A stretch of 64,000 bases of DNA from a virus, in the IMG/VR virus record IMGVR_UViG_3300027917_000040, positions 1 to 64,000 of that record. One strand, given 5' to 3'. Of this stretch, positions 23,407 through 33,305 are shown one piece after another (the stretch's first letter is position 1; the number at the start of each line of letters is the position of its first letter). The translations under genes and the position numbers were made by a program. The notes beneath the pieces were generated by a model. That model did no database searches. It was not told where the DNA came from and was given only the letters and a program-made list of their open reading frames with translations.

Positions 23407-26400
23407 ATGACAATTATTAACAGCGGCACTGGTTTTTTTATCGGAAGAAAATTTGATGTCCAACTTAGTGCCGAATTGAGGCATAAGGGTGATCTAATTT
23501 TTGAACGAACTTTTAAGGGAAACGATTTATCCGTAGTAGATACTACTAATAATAGATTATTTTTAAATAATCATTTTTTCAAAACAGGAGAAAAATTAGA
23601 ATATCAGTTTCCAAACTTTGAAAACGCTACTGAATCAAACTCCAATGCTATTGGAATAGCAACAACAAGTATTATAAACGTTGGTGTTAGTTCAAGAGTT
23701 CCAAGAACAGTATTTGCAGTTGTTTTAGATGATCAATTTATTCAACTAGCACAGACAAAAGAAGAAGCACTAAGAAGAGAACCGAAAGTTTTAAACTTCA
23801 CAAATGCTGGAATTGGAGCATCTCATAGACTTATAGGTGAAAAGCAAAATACTAGAAGTTTAATTACTGTTGATAATGTAATACAAACACCATCAATTGA
23901 TACTGAAATAAAAACTACATTGTTAGAAGATTTTTCCGGTGCTTCTGATTTTCTTCTTGCCGTTGGTATAACATCATTCTTTACTGGTGATTTAATTAGA
24001 ATTGGTAAAGAATTGATGAAAATTGAATTAATTGGTGCTGGAAATACCACTAGTATGATTGTTAGAAGACCAATTTTGGGAACTGGTCTTGAAGATCATT
24101 TAGCGGGAGACGAAATTGTAAAACAAACTGGAGCATATCAAATTGTTGGAAGTACTATATATTTCCCAGTCCCTCCATTCGATAAATCACCAACAACTGA
24201 TTTAGAAAGAAGAGATCCAGAAGATAGAGATTATGTTGGTCTTGAAACTTTCTCATCATTTAATGGTAGAGTATTTTTAAGATCCGGTTTTGAAGATACT
24301 GAGATTGGACCATATGATAATAACTTCTTACTTGATGATATATCTAATCAATTTTTAGGAATTTCAACACAAGCAATATTGAAGGAAAAGGGGCAAAATA
24401 TATCTGGATTTTCTACTGGTGGAGCACTAGTATTAATTAATAACGTATTTCAGACACCAGATTTTATAGATTACGGATTAGGAGAATCTTCTGGAATAAC
24501 AACTATTAGCTTTACTGGATCCAAAAATAGTAATCTAGAGGATATTAATACTGCTTCGATACCAAGAGGTGGAATTATTATATCAGTAGGAACTAATGAA
24601 GCGTATGGATATCAACCTCTAGTTTCTGCGGGAGGAACAGCAAATGTTTCCGGTATTGGAACAATATCTAACATATCTATTGGTTATACTGGATCTGGAT
24701 ATAGAGCACCTGAAAAACTTGTTCTACCAACAAGAATAACATATCCAACATTTTCTGATAGTGGCGAGTTTTTCTTAGAAGATACTGAAGGACTTTTTAA
24801 GAAATTAAAATTATTATTAACTGGTAAAAAATCAAAATGTCTTTTATCTGTCGAAAATAGTGTCGGTATTACTAATGAAAATAAAAATGAATATACTTTA
24901 ATTACATCAATAGGTGCTGGAAATTCATCGGTAATTATTGGAAATCCAACTGATGCATGGGATGAAATTGAAGATTTTTCATCTTATCGATTTTTTGCAG
25001 ATACTACGGTAACTCAGTCATCTGGAATTGCTACTGATATTATAAAGGTTGCTGATATTGCTGGAATATCTACAGATATTGGAGAGCCCACTTACTATTT
25101 AAGTTTAACTAGTGTCGCTAATAATATAGAAATTATAGGTGTAGACGATACATTTAAAGAAATAAAATTAGATCAACTTACCGATGCAGGATTTGTAGAT
25201 AACTCAACAGTAACATATAGCACTTTTAGAGCTGGAATTACATCCACAAGAGTTGGTGATAATGCTATAATTACCGTAACTGAACCAAATTTAGGTTTGG
25301 TAAACATATATGTAAATGCGATAAAAGAATCTATTGCAACGCAAGCAGATTATACGCATCAAACTGGAATTGTAACCATTACTGCACCAGGATTATCAGT
25401 TAATGAAGGTGATATTGTTGATCTAAGAGACTTTATTTACAAATGTAATAGTGGTGGATCTCTTTTTGGTAGTGATGGTGGATCTAGTAATTTTAGAGTT
25501 GGAATTAATTCGATTACATCAAATGCTGTATCTTTTAGCGTGTTGAGTGCGGAATATGATCCAGTAAGTGGAATAGCAACTATTAACGTTGGTGTTGCTA
25601 CCGGATATTCAAGTGGTGATAAATTCTTTATTGAACCAGAATCTCTTGGATTCAGTTGTACTTTAGATGCTAATGAAACAGTTTCATATTATCCCGGACC
25701 AAATGATGCAAACTATAATACACAATATGAAATTATAGAAACAACTGCATCTACATTTGTTGTTGATGTTGGTCAAGCAGGATCAAATACATCTGAGCAC
25801 ACTTTTGAGAGGATTAGCCCTTCTTCTCTAAGTAATCCCTTAGAAGTTTCTACTGCAACATATGACTCTGCAAGTGGTCTTTCTACTATTACATTCACTT
25901 CTAGTCATGGTTTAGTTCCAAGTGATTCTTATGATGCTTTATATGTTGAATATACATCTGCTGGGGTAAATGCTGGTCTTACAACTATAGCGATTACTGA
26001 TACTTCTCACCCTTTACAGATAGGTGATAAAATTCTCCTCTCTCAAGACTCTCTCGGATTTACTTGTGATTTGGGGCCACAAGTTACTTATTACCCAAGA
26101 TCCACCGATCCACTAGCTGATACATTTGCAACGATTACTTCTATTGGTGCAACTACAATTGAATTTAATGCCGGTGCAAATGGTGGAGGAACACACGTCT
26201 TCGTTGGTGTAAATACGAATACACCCAAACCAATTAAAGTAAAAAATGGAGATTACATTTTCCTTAAAGAAGAAGGTTTAACATTTAGTTGCACCTACAG
26301 TGGAGGGGGTACAGGATCGTATCCAAGAGCAGTTGGTGGAGATGGACAACCTGATTATGCTTATAATAGACTTCTGGAGGTCTTAGAAACTCCTACAGCA

Positions 26401-29400
26401 AATCAAATTGTTGTTTACACCGGATTTACTGAAGATCCAACTTTCCACGCTCCACACACCTTTGTAAGCGCAGATACCGATGCAGTAAGAGCGTCTACTG
26501 GACAAGCAAGATATTCTTCAGGTATTGTTACATTTACTACTGACAGTGATGTAGATAATACATTAGTAACTGGCAATTTAGTTCTTTTCAAAGAGACGGG
26601 AACATTATTAGATGATAATATCTTTACAGTTACGGAGTCTCCATTTACATTTAATGGGTCTATTAATGCATTTAGTATTGATACTAATGAACTGAATTTA
26701 CCATCACCATTAACCGATTTAAATTCTTCTGGTGATTTTGTTTTAGCAACTATATCATTACCATCTCCTGGTTATGGTAATGAATATGAAATACTAGAGA
26801 AATTAAGTGATAACCAATTTATGGTAAATGTTGGAACTACAAAAAGGCGTCACATATATGTTGGTGGTGGTAAAGTTAAAAATTTAACCCGGTCTATAGA
26901 ACCTATTCACATTGGAATATCAACAATAAATGATGGACACATAACAGAACCAATTATAACAAATGTTGGATCCGGATTCACTCAATTTAATCTATTCAAA
27001 AGATTGAATGTTGTTGACGGATATACTTCAGGAAGCACAGAATTAAATGTTGCAGATGTATCAGGAATAGACACTTATAAAGATTATGTTACTTTTCCAG
27101 AAAGTGGAATACCAGAGTATAGAAGTAGAATACTTGATATTGATGAAGATAATAAAGTATTGACATTAGACCAGACTATAGCGTTTAATATTGCTCAAAA
27201 TGTTAAGGTAGATATTTTAAGATTTGATGAGTATGATTTGGATATTGATGATCCATTATCATACAATAATTTGGATTTAATATACAGCAATGAATCAGTT
27301 CCTGGAATTGGAAGTTATGCTAAATGTGACATAGTTATAGGAAATGATGGAAAATTAGAAGCATTTGAACTAACAAGATCCGGATATTCTTATGGACAAG
27401 GAGAAATTCTAACAGTTCGTACTGGAGGTGTAACTGGAATACCAACTTTTAGCGATATTAATGTTACTGGAATTAGCACTGCCATTGGAATATTTACTGG
27501 ATCAATAGCAACTTTAAACGATAGGTTTGGTTTTAGAGTTGCTACTAATGAAGATGGAACTCGAATAGCAGTTGGAGCACCATATGATGAACTCGATGAA
27601 TCTGAGACAGAATCCGGTGTTGTTTACATGTTTGATAGAGTTGGTGATACGTTCACTCAAGTTGGTATTTTGACTGGAGAATTTGCATCAAATCAAGACG
27701 ATAATTTTGGTTATTCTGTTGCTATGAATGCGGATGGAAGCAGGATTGTAGTTGGATCTCCTCTTGATGAAAATCCAGTATCTGGAATTCAAAGTGGTCA
27801 GGCATACGTATTCGATAGAACACCTGGACCAACATTTACGCAGGTGGGAATTTTAAGTGCTACTTTTGGTCAAGGGGAAGATAGACATGGTTGGAGTGTT
27901 GATATCTCTAGTGATGGTGAAGTAATTATAGTTGGAGCTTATCAAGATGAGTTTCCTGGATCAAGTACTTCCAGTGGCATTGTTTATGTTTACGACGGAA
28001 GTAATTTAGATTTTCCCTTAGTTGGAATTATAACAGGATCTCTTTCCGATGATATTGCCGATTTCTTTGGATATTCTTGCGCTATCAGTCCAGATGGTGG
28101 TTATATTGCAGTTGGAGCACTCTTTGATGAAGATACAAATGTGCCTTCCGATAATTTTGGAGTCGCATATGTATACACAAAAGTTGGAGTAGGTATAGCA
28201 CAGGTTGGTATTTTAACATCACCAAGATTGAGTTCTACAAAAGCTAATGATTATTTTGGATATAGTATTGATATTAGTAATAACGGAAATATAGTGGCTG
28301 TTGGTGCAATAGATGATGCTAGTGGTATTAGTGGTAATATTACAGGAAGAGTTTATATCTATGAAAAAATAAACAATGAATATTATTTTATCCAAACTTT
28401 GACTGGGGAGTTTGCTAACGATAATGGCGATAGATTTGGAGAATCTATTTCCATAAGTGATGATGGAAGAATTATTGCAATTGGTGCAATGAATGATGAA
28501 AATACACTTACCGAGAATGAATCTGGTATAACATATCTATTTGAAAGAAGAACACAAAATTACTTAGGTGCCGATTACATCCAAGTTGGAGTACAAACTG
28601 GAACTTATTCATATAGTTTAACTGATAATTTTGGTGTTTCCGTAGCATTATCGAATAATGGAAATAATTTAATAGTCGGTGCTCAATATGATTCTTATAA
28701 TGATGTTGGTATAGGAACTTCTGGGGTGGTTTATGCTTATGACCTTTTAAGTGGAAATATATTTGATGAATTCCAAGTATTAATTGATCAAACTTTTACT
28801 GATGATTTTGCTGGATATGTATTTGGTGATTTGGTAGTATTTGATGATATTAGTAGATTATTTAATGGAAAACGTGTAGAATTTCCAATAAGATTGAGAG
28901 GTATTCAAACTACATTAAGATCTCGTCAAGGTTCTAATCTTGATATTAATTATAACTTAATAATATTTGTTAATGACATATATCAAGTTCCTAAAGAATC
29001 TTATGTTTTCGATGGTGGAAGTATTTTAACTTTTACAGAACCACCAAAGCAAGGTGATAAATGTGTAATTGTTTTTTACTTTGGAACTACGGAAGTAGAT
29101 ACTAGAACTGTAGATATATTAGAAACTATAAAAATTGGAGACATAGTAACAGTAAATAGTGATAATTTTAGTCTGCAGCAAGATCCACGAACTGTAACCG
29201 ATGTAAGATCAACTGATATTATTGAGACAAACACTTATGTTTCTCCTGGATTAACTTTAGATGAATCTTTAAAAAGACCAATTACTTGGTGTAAGCAACT
29301 TGTTGATAAAGTTATTGATGGCAATGTGGTTGGAAAATCTAGAATTCCATATGAAGCGGAAATATATCCAAAAACTAAAATTATAAAGTCTGTAGGAGTT

Positions 29401-31653
29401 GGAACTACTGAAAACCAAATATTCTTGGAATCTGTAAGAACTTTCTTTGATAGTAATGATGAATACGAAAATATTGGGGTGAATAAACGACCTCAATATG
29501 ATGTTATTTTGATAGATTCGGATAGAGTTGCTATAGCAGCTAGTGCTACAGTTTCGGTTAATCCAAATAATCTTAGATTAAACAATATAACTTTAAATTA
29601 TGGGGGACTTGGTTATTCGCAGGTCCCAGATGTTTCAATATCGGCTCCTAATTTTGCGGGAATTGGAACAACTTCTAATGTAACAGCAAAAGCAAGTGCA
29701 ACAATTAAAAATGGAAGAGTTGTAAGTGTAACATTAGATGACGTTGGTTACGGATATACGACAACCGGATTTAGTCCAAAGGTTTTAATATCTCCGCCAA
29801 AAACAAGATACGAATTTATTGATGATGTTGTTTATAATGGAGATTTCGGTGTTATAACTGGTGTTGGAACTACCTCAGTTACAAGAGAACCAATTAGTGA
29901 AGTTGGATTTACAACAAGTTTCCATGCTACAGGTGCCGAACAATTTGGTTATAGGGTATCTGTAGATAGAAGTGGTTCTTCTTTTATTATTGGTTCACCA
30001 TTTGATGAATTTGTTGGATCGGATGCAACTGGATTGGCGTATGTTTTTGATTATGATCGAAATACAGAAACAATTACAGGAATTACCACTTTGAGTCCAA
30101 GTTATGGTGGTGGTGTAAATGAAAACTATGGGTGGGCAGTTTCGGTAAGTGGAGATGGAAATATATTTGCTGTTTCTGCTCCCGGTGATGAAATCGTAGG
30201 CATTGATAGTGGAATTTTATATGTTTACGAAAGAGTTGGAAATAACTTTAATGAACTAAATGCTTTTGAACCAACCACTCCTGGTGCTGGACCAAGAATG
30301 CTTGCGGAATCTATAGATATTAGTGACAATGGTTCTATAATAGTTGCAGGAGCAGCAAATGACGATGCTGGTCGTGTTTACTTATATGAAAGAGAAGGAG
30401 TTGGTGTAGGTAATACTTTCTTAAGTTTAACAACTATTGTTGGTTCAAATGCAGAATCTGGTGATAGATATGGTCAGTCTGTTGCTTTAAATGCCAATGG
30501 AAGTAGATTAGTTGTTGGGTCTCCTGGAGAAAACTCAATTTATATCTACAATAGAACAGATTCTACAACTTATAGAGAATCCAAAATTATAACAGATCCA
30601 AATTCAAACGATAATGAATTTGGTTTAGATGTTGATATTTCATCTGATGGAAATACTATCGTTGTGACAGAAGGAGTATTGGGTTCTCAATATGTCTACA
30701 TTTATAAATTTGATAACATTAACTTTAAATGGGTTCTATATCAAACTATTTTACTTGATGAAGAAACTCTTGGAAACCGTATTAGTGTCAGCATAACTGA
30801 TAACTCAAGAACAATTGTAGTTGGATACAGTGATGCTACAGTTTCAGGTGTAACACAAGCAGGTAAAACTCTTGTTTACACGCAAAATGGCAACTCTTAT
30901 ACCAATGTTGGAATATTAACTGGATCCGAATCAACAACATCTTCATCATTATTTGGATGGGATTCTGTAATAAGTGGAAATGGAGAAGTAATTATTATTG
31001 GATCACCTAGAAGTGAAATTCCAGGAAATCCTGCAGATTCAGGTGTTTCATATGTATTCAAAAATCCAACTCCAAACGTATTTGAAAAGAATATTGTGTT
31101 TGAATTATATATTCCTGAGGATTCATATTTAAGAAAGCAATTTGTTGGTGATCCAAGATCTGAGAGTCAAATACAAAAAAATTATTATTTCAAAGTATCT
31201 GAATCAAATTTAGGTCTTGTTGGATATGGCATTACTGGATTAAATTTATATGATGGATCTTCAACATTTAATGGAAGTCAAAATTTAGACTCTATCTATC
31301 AAGTTTCAAATGTAAGCATTGCAAGAACTGAAGTTTATAGTTTGGATCCAGCAAGAGTTGGAACATCAAGAACAGACGTTGTTCGTGTTACAGTTCCTGT
31401 GCTTGATTGGAATGGAATAGACATTCCAAGCGGTGGTGTTGCCGGAGAAGTGGGTGGACCAGTTGGATTTGGTTATACATATAATAATTATTTTGGAAAT
31501 TATTCTTGGGGACTTATTTTCGACTTTAAGAGGGGAGGTAGAACCACATTTGAATTATATAAAGATGGTGATTCGGGATTATCTACTTCTCCAGATATGT
31601 TAAGAGTGAATCCTTTAAAATATGAACAATATACTCCCAATCCTACTGAATAA
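23407..31653 (+). CDS. Giant virion structural (baseplate/tail) protein with two 7-bladed FG-GAP beta-propellers (2748 aa)
   Basis: 14 FG..V...DG..I.VGA repeats; Gly/Thr/Ser-rich; located between gp7 and gp8. Confidence 0.8.
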   Translation: MTIINSGTGFFIGRKFDVQLSAELRHKGDLIFERTFKGNDLSVVDTTNNRLFLNNHFFKTGEKLEYQFPNFENATESNSNAIGIATTSIINVGVSSRVPRTVFAVVLDDQFIQLAQTKEEALRREPKVLNFTNAGIGASHRLIGEKQNTRSLITVDNVIQTPSIDTEIKTTLLEDFSGASDFLLAVGITSFFTGDLIRIGKELMKIELIGAGNTTSMIVRRPILGTGLEDHLAGDEIVKQTGAYQIVGSTIYFPVPPFDKSPTTDLERRDPEDRDYVGLETFSSFNGRVFLRSGFEDTEIGPYDNNFLLDDISNQFLGISTQAILKEKGQNISGFSTGGALVLINNVFQTPDFIDYGLGESSGITTISFTGSKNSNLEDINTASIPRGGIIISVGTNEAYGYQPLVSAGGTANVSGIGTISNISIGYTGSGYRAPEKLVLPTRITYPTFSDSGEFFLEDTEGLFKKLKLLLTGKKSKCLLSVENSVGITNENKNEYTLITSIGAGNSSVIIGNPTDAWDEIEDFSSYRFFADTTVTQSSGIATDIIKVADIAGISTDIGEPTYYLSLTSVANNIEIIGVDDTFKEIKLDQLTDAGFVDNSTVTYSTFRAGITSTRVGDNAIITVTEPNLGLVNIYVNAIKESIATQADYTHQTGIVTITAPGLSVNEGDIVDLRDFIYKCNSGGSLFGSDGGSSNFRVGINSITSNAVSFSVLSAEYDPVSGIATINVGVATGYSSGDKFFIEPESLGFSCTLDANETVSYYPGPNDANYNTQYEIIETTASTFVVDVGQAGSNTSEHTFERISPSSLSNPLEVSTATYDSASGLSTITFTSSHGLVPSDSYDALYVEYTSAGVNAGLTTIAITDTSHPLQIGDKILLSQDSLGFTCDLGPQVTYYPRSTDPLADTFATITSIGATTIEFNAGANGGGTHVFVGVNTNTPKPIKVKNGDYIFLKEEGLTFSCTYSGGGTGSYPRAVGGDGQPDYAYNRLLEVLETPTANQIVVYTGFTEDPTFHAPHTFVSADTDAVRASTGQARYSSGIVTFTTDSDVDNTLVTGNLVLFKETGTLLDDNIFTVTESPFTFNGSINAFSIDTNELNLPSPLTDLNSSGDFVLATISLPSPGYGNEYEILEKLSDNQFMVNVGTTKRRHIYVGGGKVKNLTRSIEPIHIGISTINDGHITEPIITNVGSGFTQFNLFKRLNVVDGYTSGSTELNVADVSGIDTYKDYVTFPESGIPEYRSRILDIDEDNKVLTLDQTIAFNIAQNVKVDILRFDEYDLDIDDPLSYNNLDLIYSNESVPGIGSYAKCDIVIGNDGKLEAFELTRSGYSYGQGEILTVRTGGVTGIPTFSDINVTGISTAIGIFTGSIATLNDRFGFRVATNEDGTRIAVGAPYDELDESETESGVVYMFDRVGDTFTQVGILTGEFASNQDDNFGYSVAMNADGSRIVVGSPLDENPVSGIQSGQAYVFDRTPGPTFTQVGILSATFGQGEDRHGWSVDISSDGEVIIVGAYQDEFPGSSTSSGIVYVYDGSNLDFPLVGIITGSLSDDIADFFGYSCAISPDGGYIAVGALFDEDTNVPSDNFGVAYVYTKVGVGIAQVGILTSPRLSSTKANDYFGYSIDISNNGNIVAVGAIDDASGISGNITGRVYIYEKINNEYYFIQTLTGEFANDNGDRFGESISISDDGRIIAIGAMNDENTLTENESGITYLFERRTQNYLGADYIQVGVQTGTYSYSLTDNFGVSVALSNNGNNLIVGAQYDSYNDVGIGTSGVVYAYDLLSGNIFDEFQVLIDQTFTDDFAGYVFGDLVVFDDISRLFNGKRVEFPIRLRGIQTTLRSRQGSNLDINYNLIIFVNDIYQVPKESYVFDGGSILTFTEPPKQGDKCVIVFYFGTTEVDTRTVDILETIKIGDIVTVNSDNFSLQQDPRTVTDVRSTDIIETNTYVSPGLTLDESLKRPITWCKQLVDKVIDGNVVGKSRIPYEAEIYPKTKIIKSVGVGTTENQIFLESVRTFFDSNDEYENIGVNKRPQYDVILIDSDRVAIAASATVSVNPNNLRLNNITLNYGGLGYSQVPDVSISAPNFAGIGTTSNVTAKASATIKNGRVVSVTLDDVGYGYTTTGFSPKVLISPPKTRYEFIDDVVYNGDFGVITGVGTTSVTREPISEVGFTTSFHATGAEQFGYRVSVDRSGSSFIIGSPFDEFVGSDATGLAYVFDYDRNTETITGITTLSPSYGGGVNENYGWAVSVSGDGNIFAVSAPGDEIVGIDSGILYVYERVGNNFNELNAFEPTTPGAGPRMLAESIDISDNGSIIVAGAANDDAGRVYLYEREGVGVGNTFLSLTTIVGSNAESGDRYGQSVALNANGSRLVVGSPGENSIYIYNRTDSTTYRESKIITDPNSNDNEFGLDVDISSDGNTIVVTEGVLGSQYVYIYKFDNINFKWVLYQTILLDEETLGNRISVSITDNSRTIVVGYSDATVSGVTQAGKTLVYTQNGNSYTNVGILTGSESTTSSSLFGWDSVISGNGEVIIIGSPRSEIPGNPADSGVSYVFKNPTPNVFEKNIVFELYIPEDSYLRKQFVGDPRSESQIQKNYYFKVSESNLGLVGYGITGLNLYDGSSTFNGSQNLDSIYQVSNVSIARTEVYSLDPARVGTSRTDVVRVTVPVLDWNGIDIPSGGVAGEVGGPVGFGYTYNNYFGNYSWGLIFDFKRGGRTTFELYKDGDSGLSTSPDMLRVNPLKYEQYTPNPTE

Positions 31654-31674
31654 TTTCACATAATCAAATAGTCT

Positions 31675-31682
31675 CATAAATA
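31675..31682 (+). promoter_or_regulatory. Late promoter (CATAAATA)
   Basis: Intergenic, upstream of gp8. Confidence 0.6.
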
Positions 31683-31700
31683 CATATAAAAACAAAACAA

Positions 31701-33299
31701 ATGGCTGCAATAATTACTGATCAATTAAGAATATTGAATGCTAGTAGCTTTTTGGATAAGGTAACTAATCCATCCAATTCTTACTATGCTTTTGTTGGAT
31801 TGCCAAACCCATTTGATTATAGTTCTACTTGGGATGTAAATCCACTTTCTCCCAAAGATAGTTTTCAACAAGAGCATATATCATGGGATACAATGATTGC
31901 TTTAAAAAAAATTAAAAATGAAGATACTAAGCAAGTAATTAGAAAAATTGATTGGATATCTGGTGTAACTTTCGATAGATATCGAAATAATATAGATCGT
32001 GATAATCTTTCAGATCAAACGTCAGCTACAAGTTTATATTCTTCAAATTATTATGTTGTAAATAGTGATTTTAGAGTTTATATTTGCTTAGAAAATGGAG
32101 AAGATCCTGAAAATCCAAGCGGAAAACCATCATTAGATGAACCAAGATTTACAGATTTAGAACCAAGATCAGCAGGAAATAGCGGTGATGGATATGTTTG
32201 GAAGTATCTTTATACTATATCTGCTTCTGATGTAATAAAGTTTGATTCTACTCAATATGTGCCAGTACCAAGAGATTGGAAAAACAATATAGATGTTTCT
32301 CTAATTAGAGAAAATGCATCTGAAGGTGGTCAATTAAAAACAGTCATTGTAAAAAATAGAGGTGTTGGTGTAGGAGAACCTAATAAAGTTTATAGTAATA
32401 TTCCTATAAAGGGAGATGGAACTGGTGGAACAGTAACCATTGTTATCAATAATGATCAAAAGGTAGAAAGTGTTACCGTATCTAATGGCGGATCAGGGTA
32501 TACATTTGGAACAGTTGATGTAGATGCCATATCTTTAAATTATACTGCTATTCCAGAGTTTGAAGTTGTTATTCCACCTAAAGGTGGTCATGGTGCTGAT
32601 ATTTATAGAGAGCTTGGTGCAACAAATGTACTTATATACTCTAGAATTGAAAATGATGATCAAGATCCAGATTTTATAGTAGGAAATGAAATATCACAAA
32701 TTGGTATAGTTGTAAATCCACTAGCATTTAATTCTAATGAAATTTTAACAAAAGATAAAGCAAGTGCTGTTGGCGCAATAAAATTGGACCCAACAAATAT
32801 AGATGATGCAATATATGATGCAGATACATATATTACACAAACTGTAGGACTTGGACAAACAGCTATTGCAAGGGTTATTTCTTTCGATAGAGTTACTGGT
32901 GTTATAAAATATTGGAAAGATAGAACCAATTATGGTTTTGATTATTCTGGAAATTCAGCGAGCACAATATTTGGATTTTCAGACATAGACTTTACATCCG
33001 ATCCAGGACCTGGTGGAACATTAAATATTAGAAATTATACTAATACGGATGCGATAATTGCCGGAGATACATCAGGTTCTGTTGTTGCAATAGATTCCAA
33101 TTTTGGAACCAGTTTAGAACCAGGTATAAGTACCTCAATAAATAATAGAACATATTACTTAGGTCAACCATTTGTAAAGGGTTTATCGAATCCAGAAGTT
33201 CAAAAGTATTCTGGAGACATAATTTATGTAGATAATAGACCTCCAATTACAAGGTCTAAAAACCAAAAGGAAGATATTAAAGTTATTTTGCAATTCTAA
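31701..33299 (+). CDS. gp8: Baseplate wedge subunit gp8
   Basis: MAAIITDQ, VYICL.N, DGYVWKYLYTI and Q.EDIKVILQF motifs. Confidence 0.92.
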   Translation: MAAIITDQLRILNASSFLDKVTNPSNSYYAFVGLPNPFDYSSTWDVNPLSPKDSFQQEHISWDTMIALKKIKNEDTKQVIRKIDWISGVTFDRYRNNIDRDNLSDQTSATSLYSSNYYVVNSDFRVYICLENGEDPENPSGKPSLDEPRFTDLEPRSAGNSGDGYVWKYLYTISASDVIKFDSTQYVPVPRDWKNNIDVSLIRENASEGGQLKTVIVKNRGVGVGEPNKVYSNIPIKGDGTGGTVTIVINNDQKVESVTVSNGGSGYTFGTVDVDAISLNYTAIPEFEVVIPPKGGHGADIYRELGATNVLIYSRIENDDQDPDFIVGNEISQIGIVVNPLAFNSNEILTKDKASAVGAIKLDPTNIDDAIYDADTYITQTVGLGQTAIARVISFDRVTGVIKYWKDRTNYGFDYSGNSASTIFGFSDIDFTSDPGPGGTLNIRNYTNTDAIIAGDTSGSVVAIDSNFGTSLEPGISTSINNRTYYLGQPFVKGLSNPEVQKYSGDIIYVDNRPPITRSKNQKEDIKVILQF

Positions 33300-33305
33300 A
33301 AAGCC

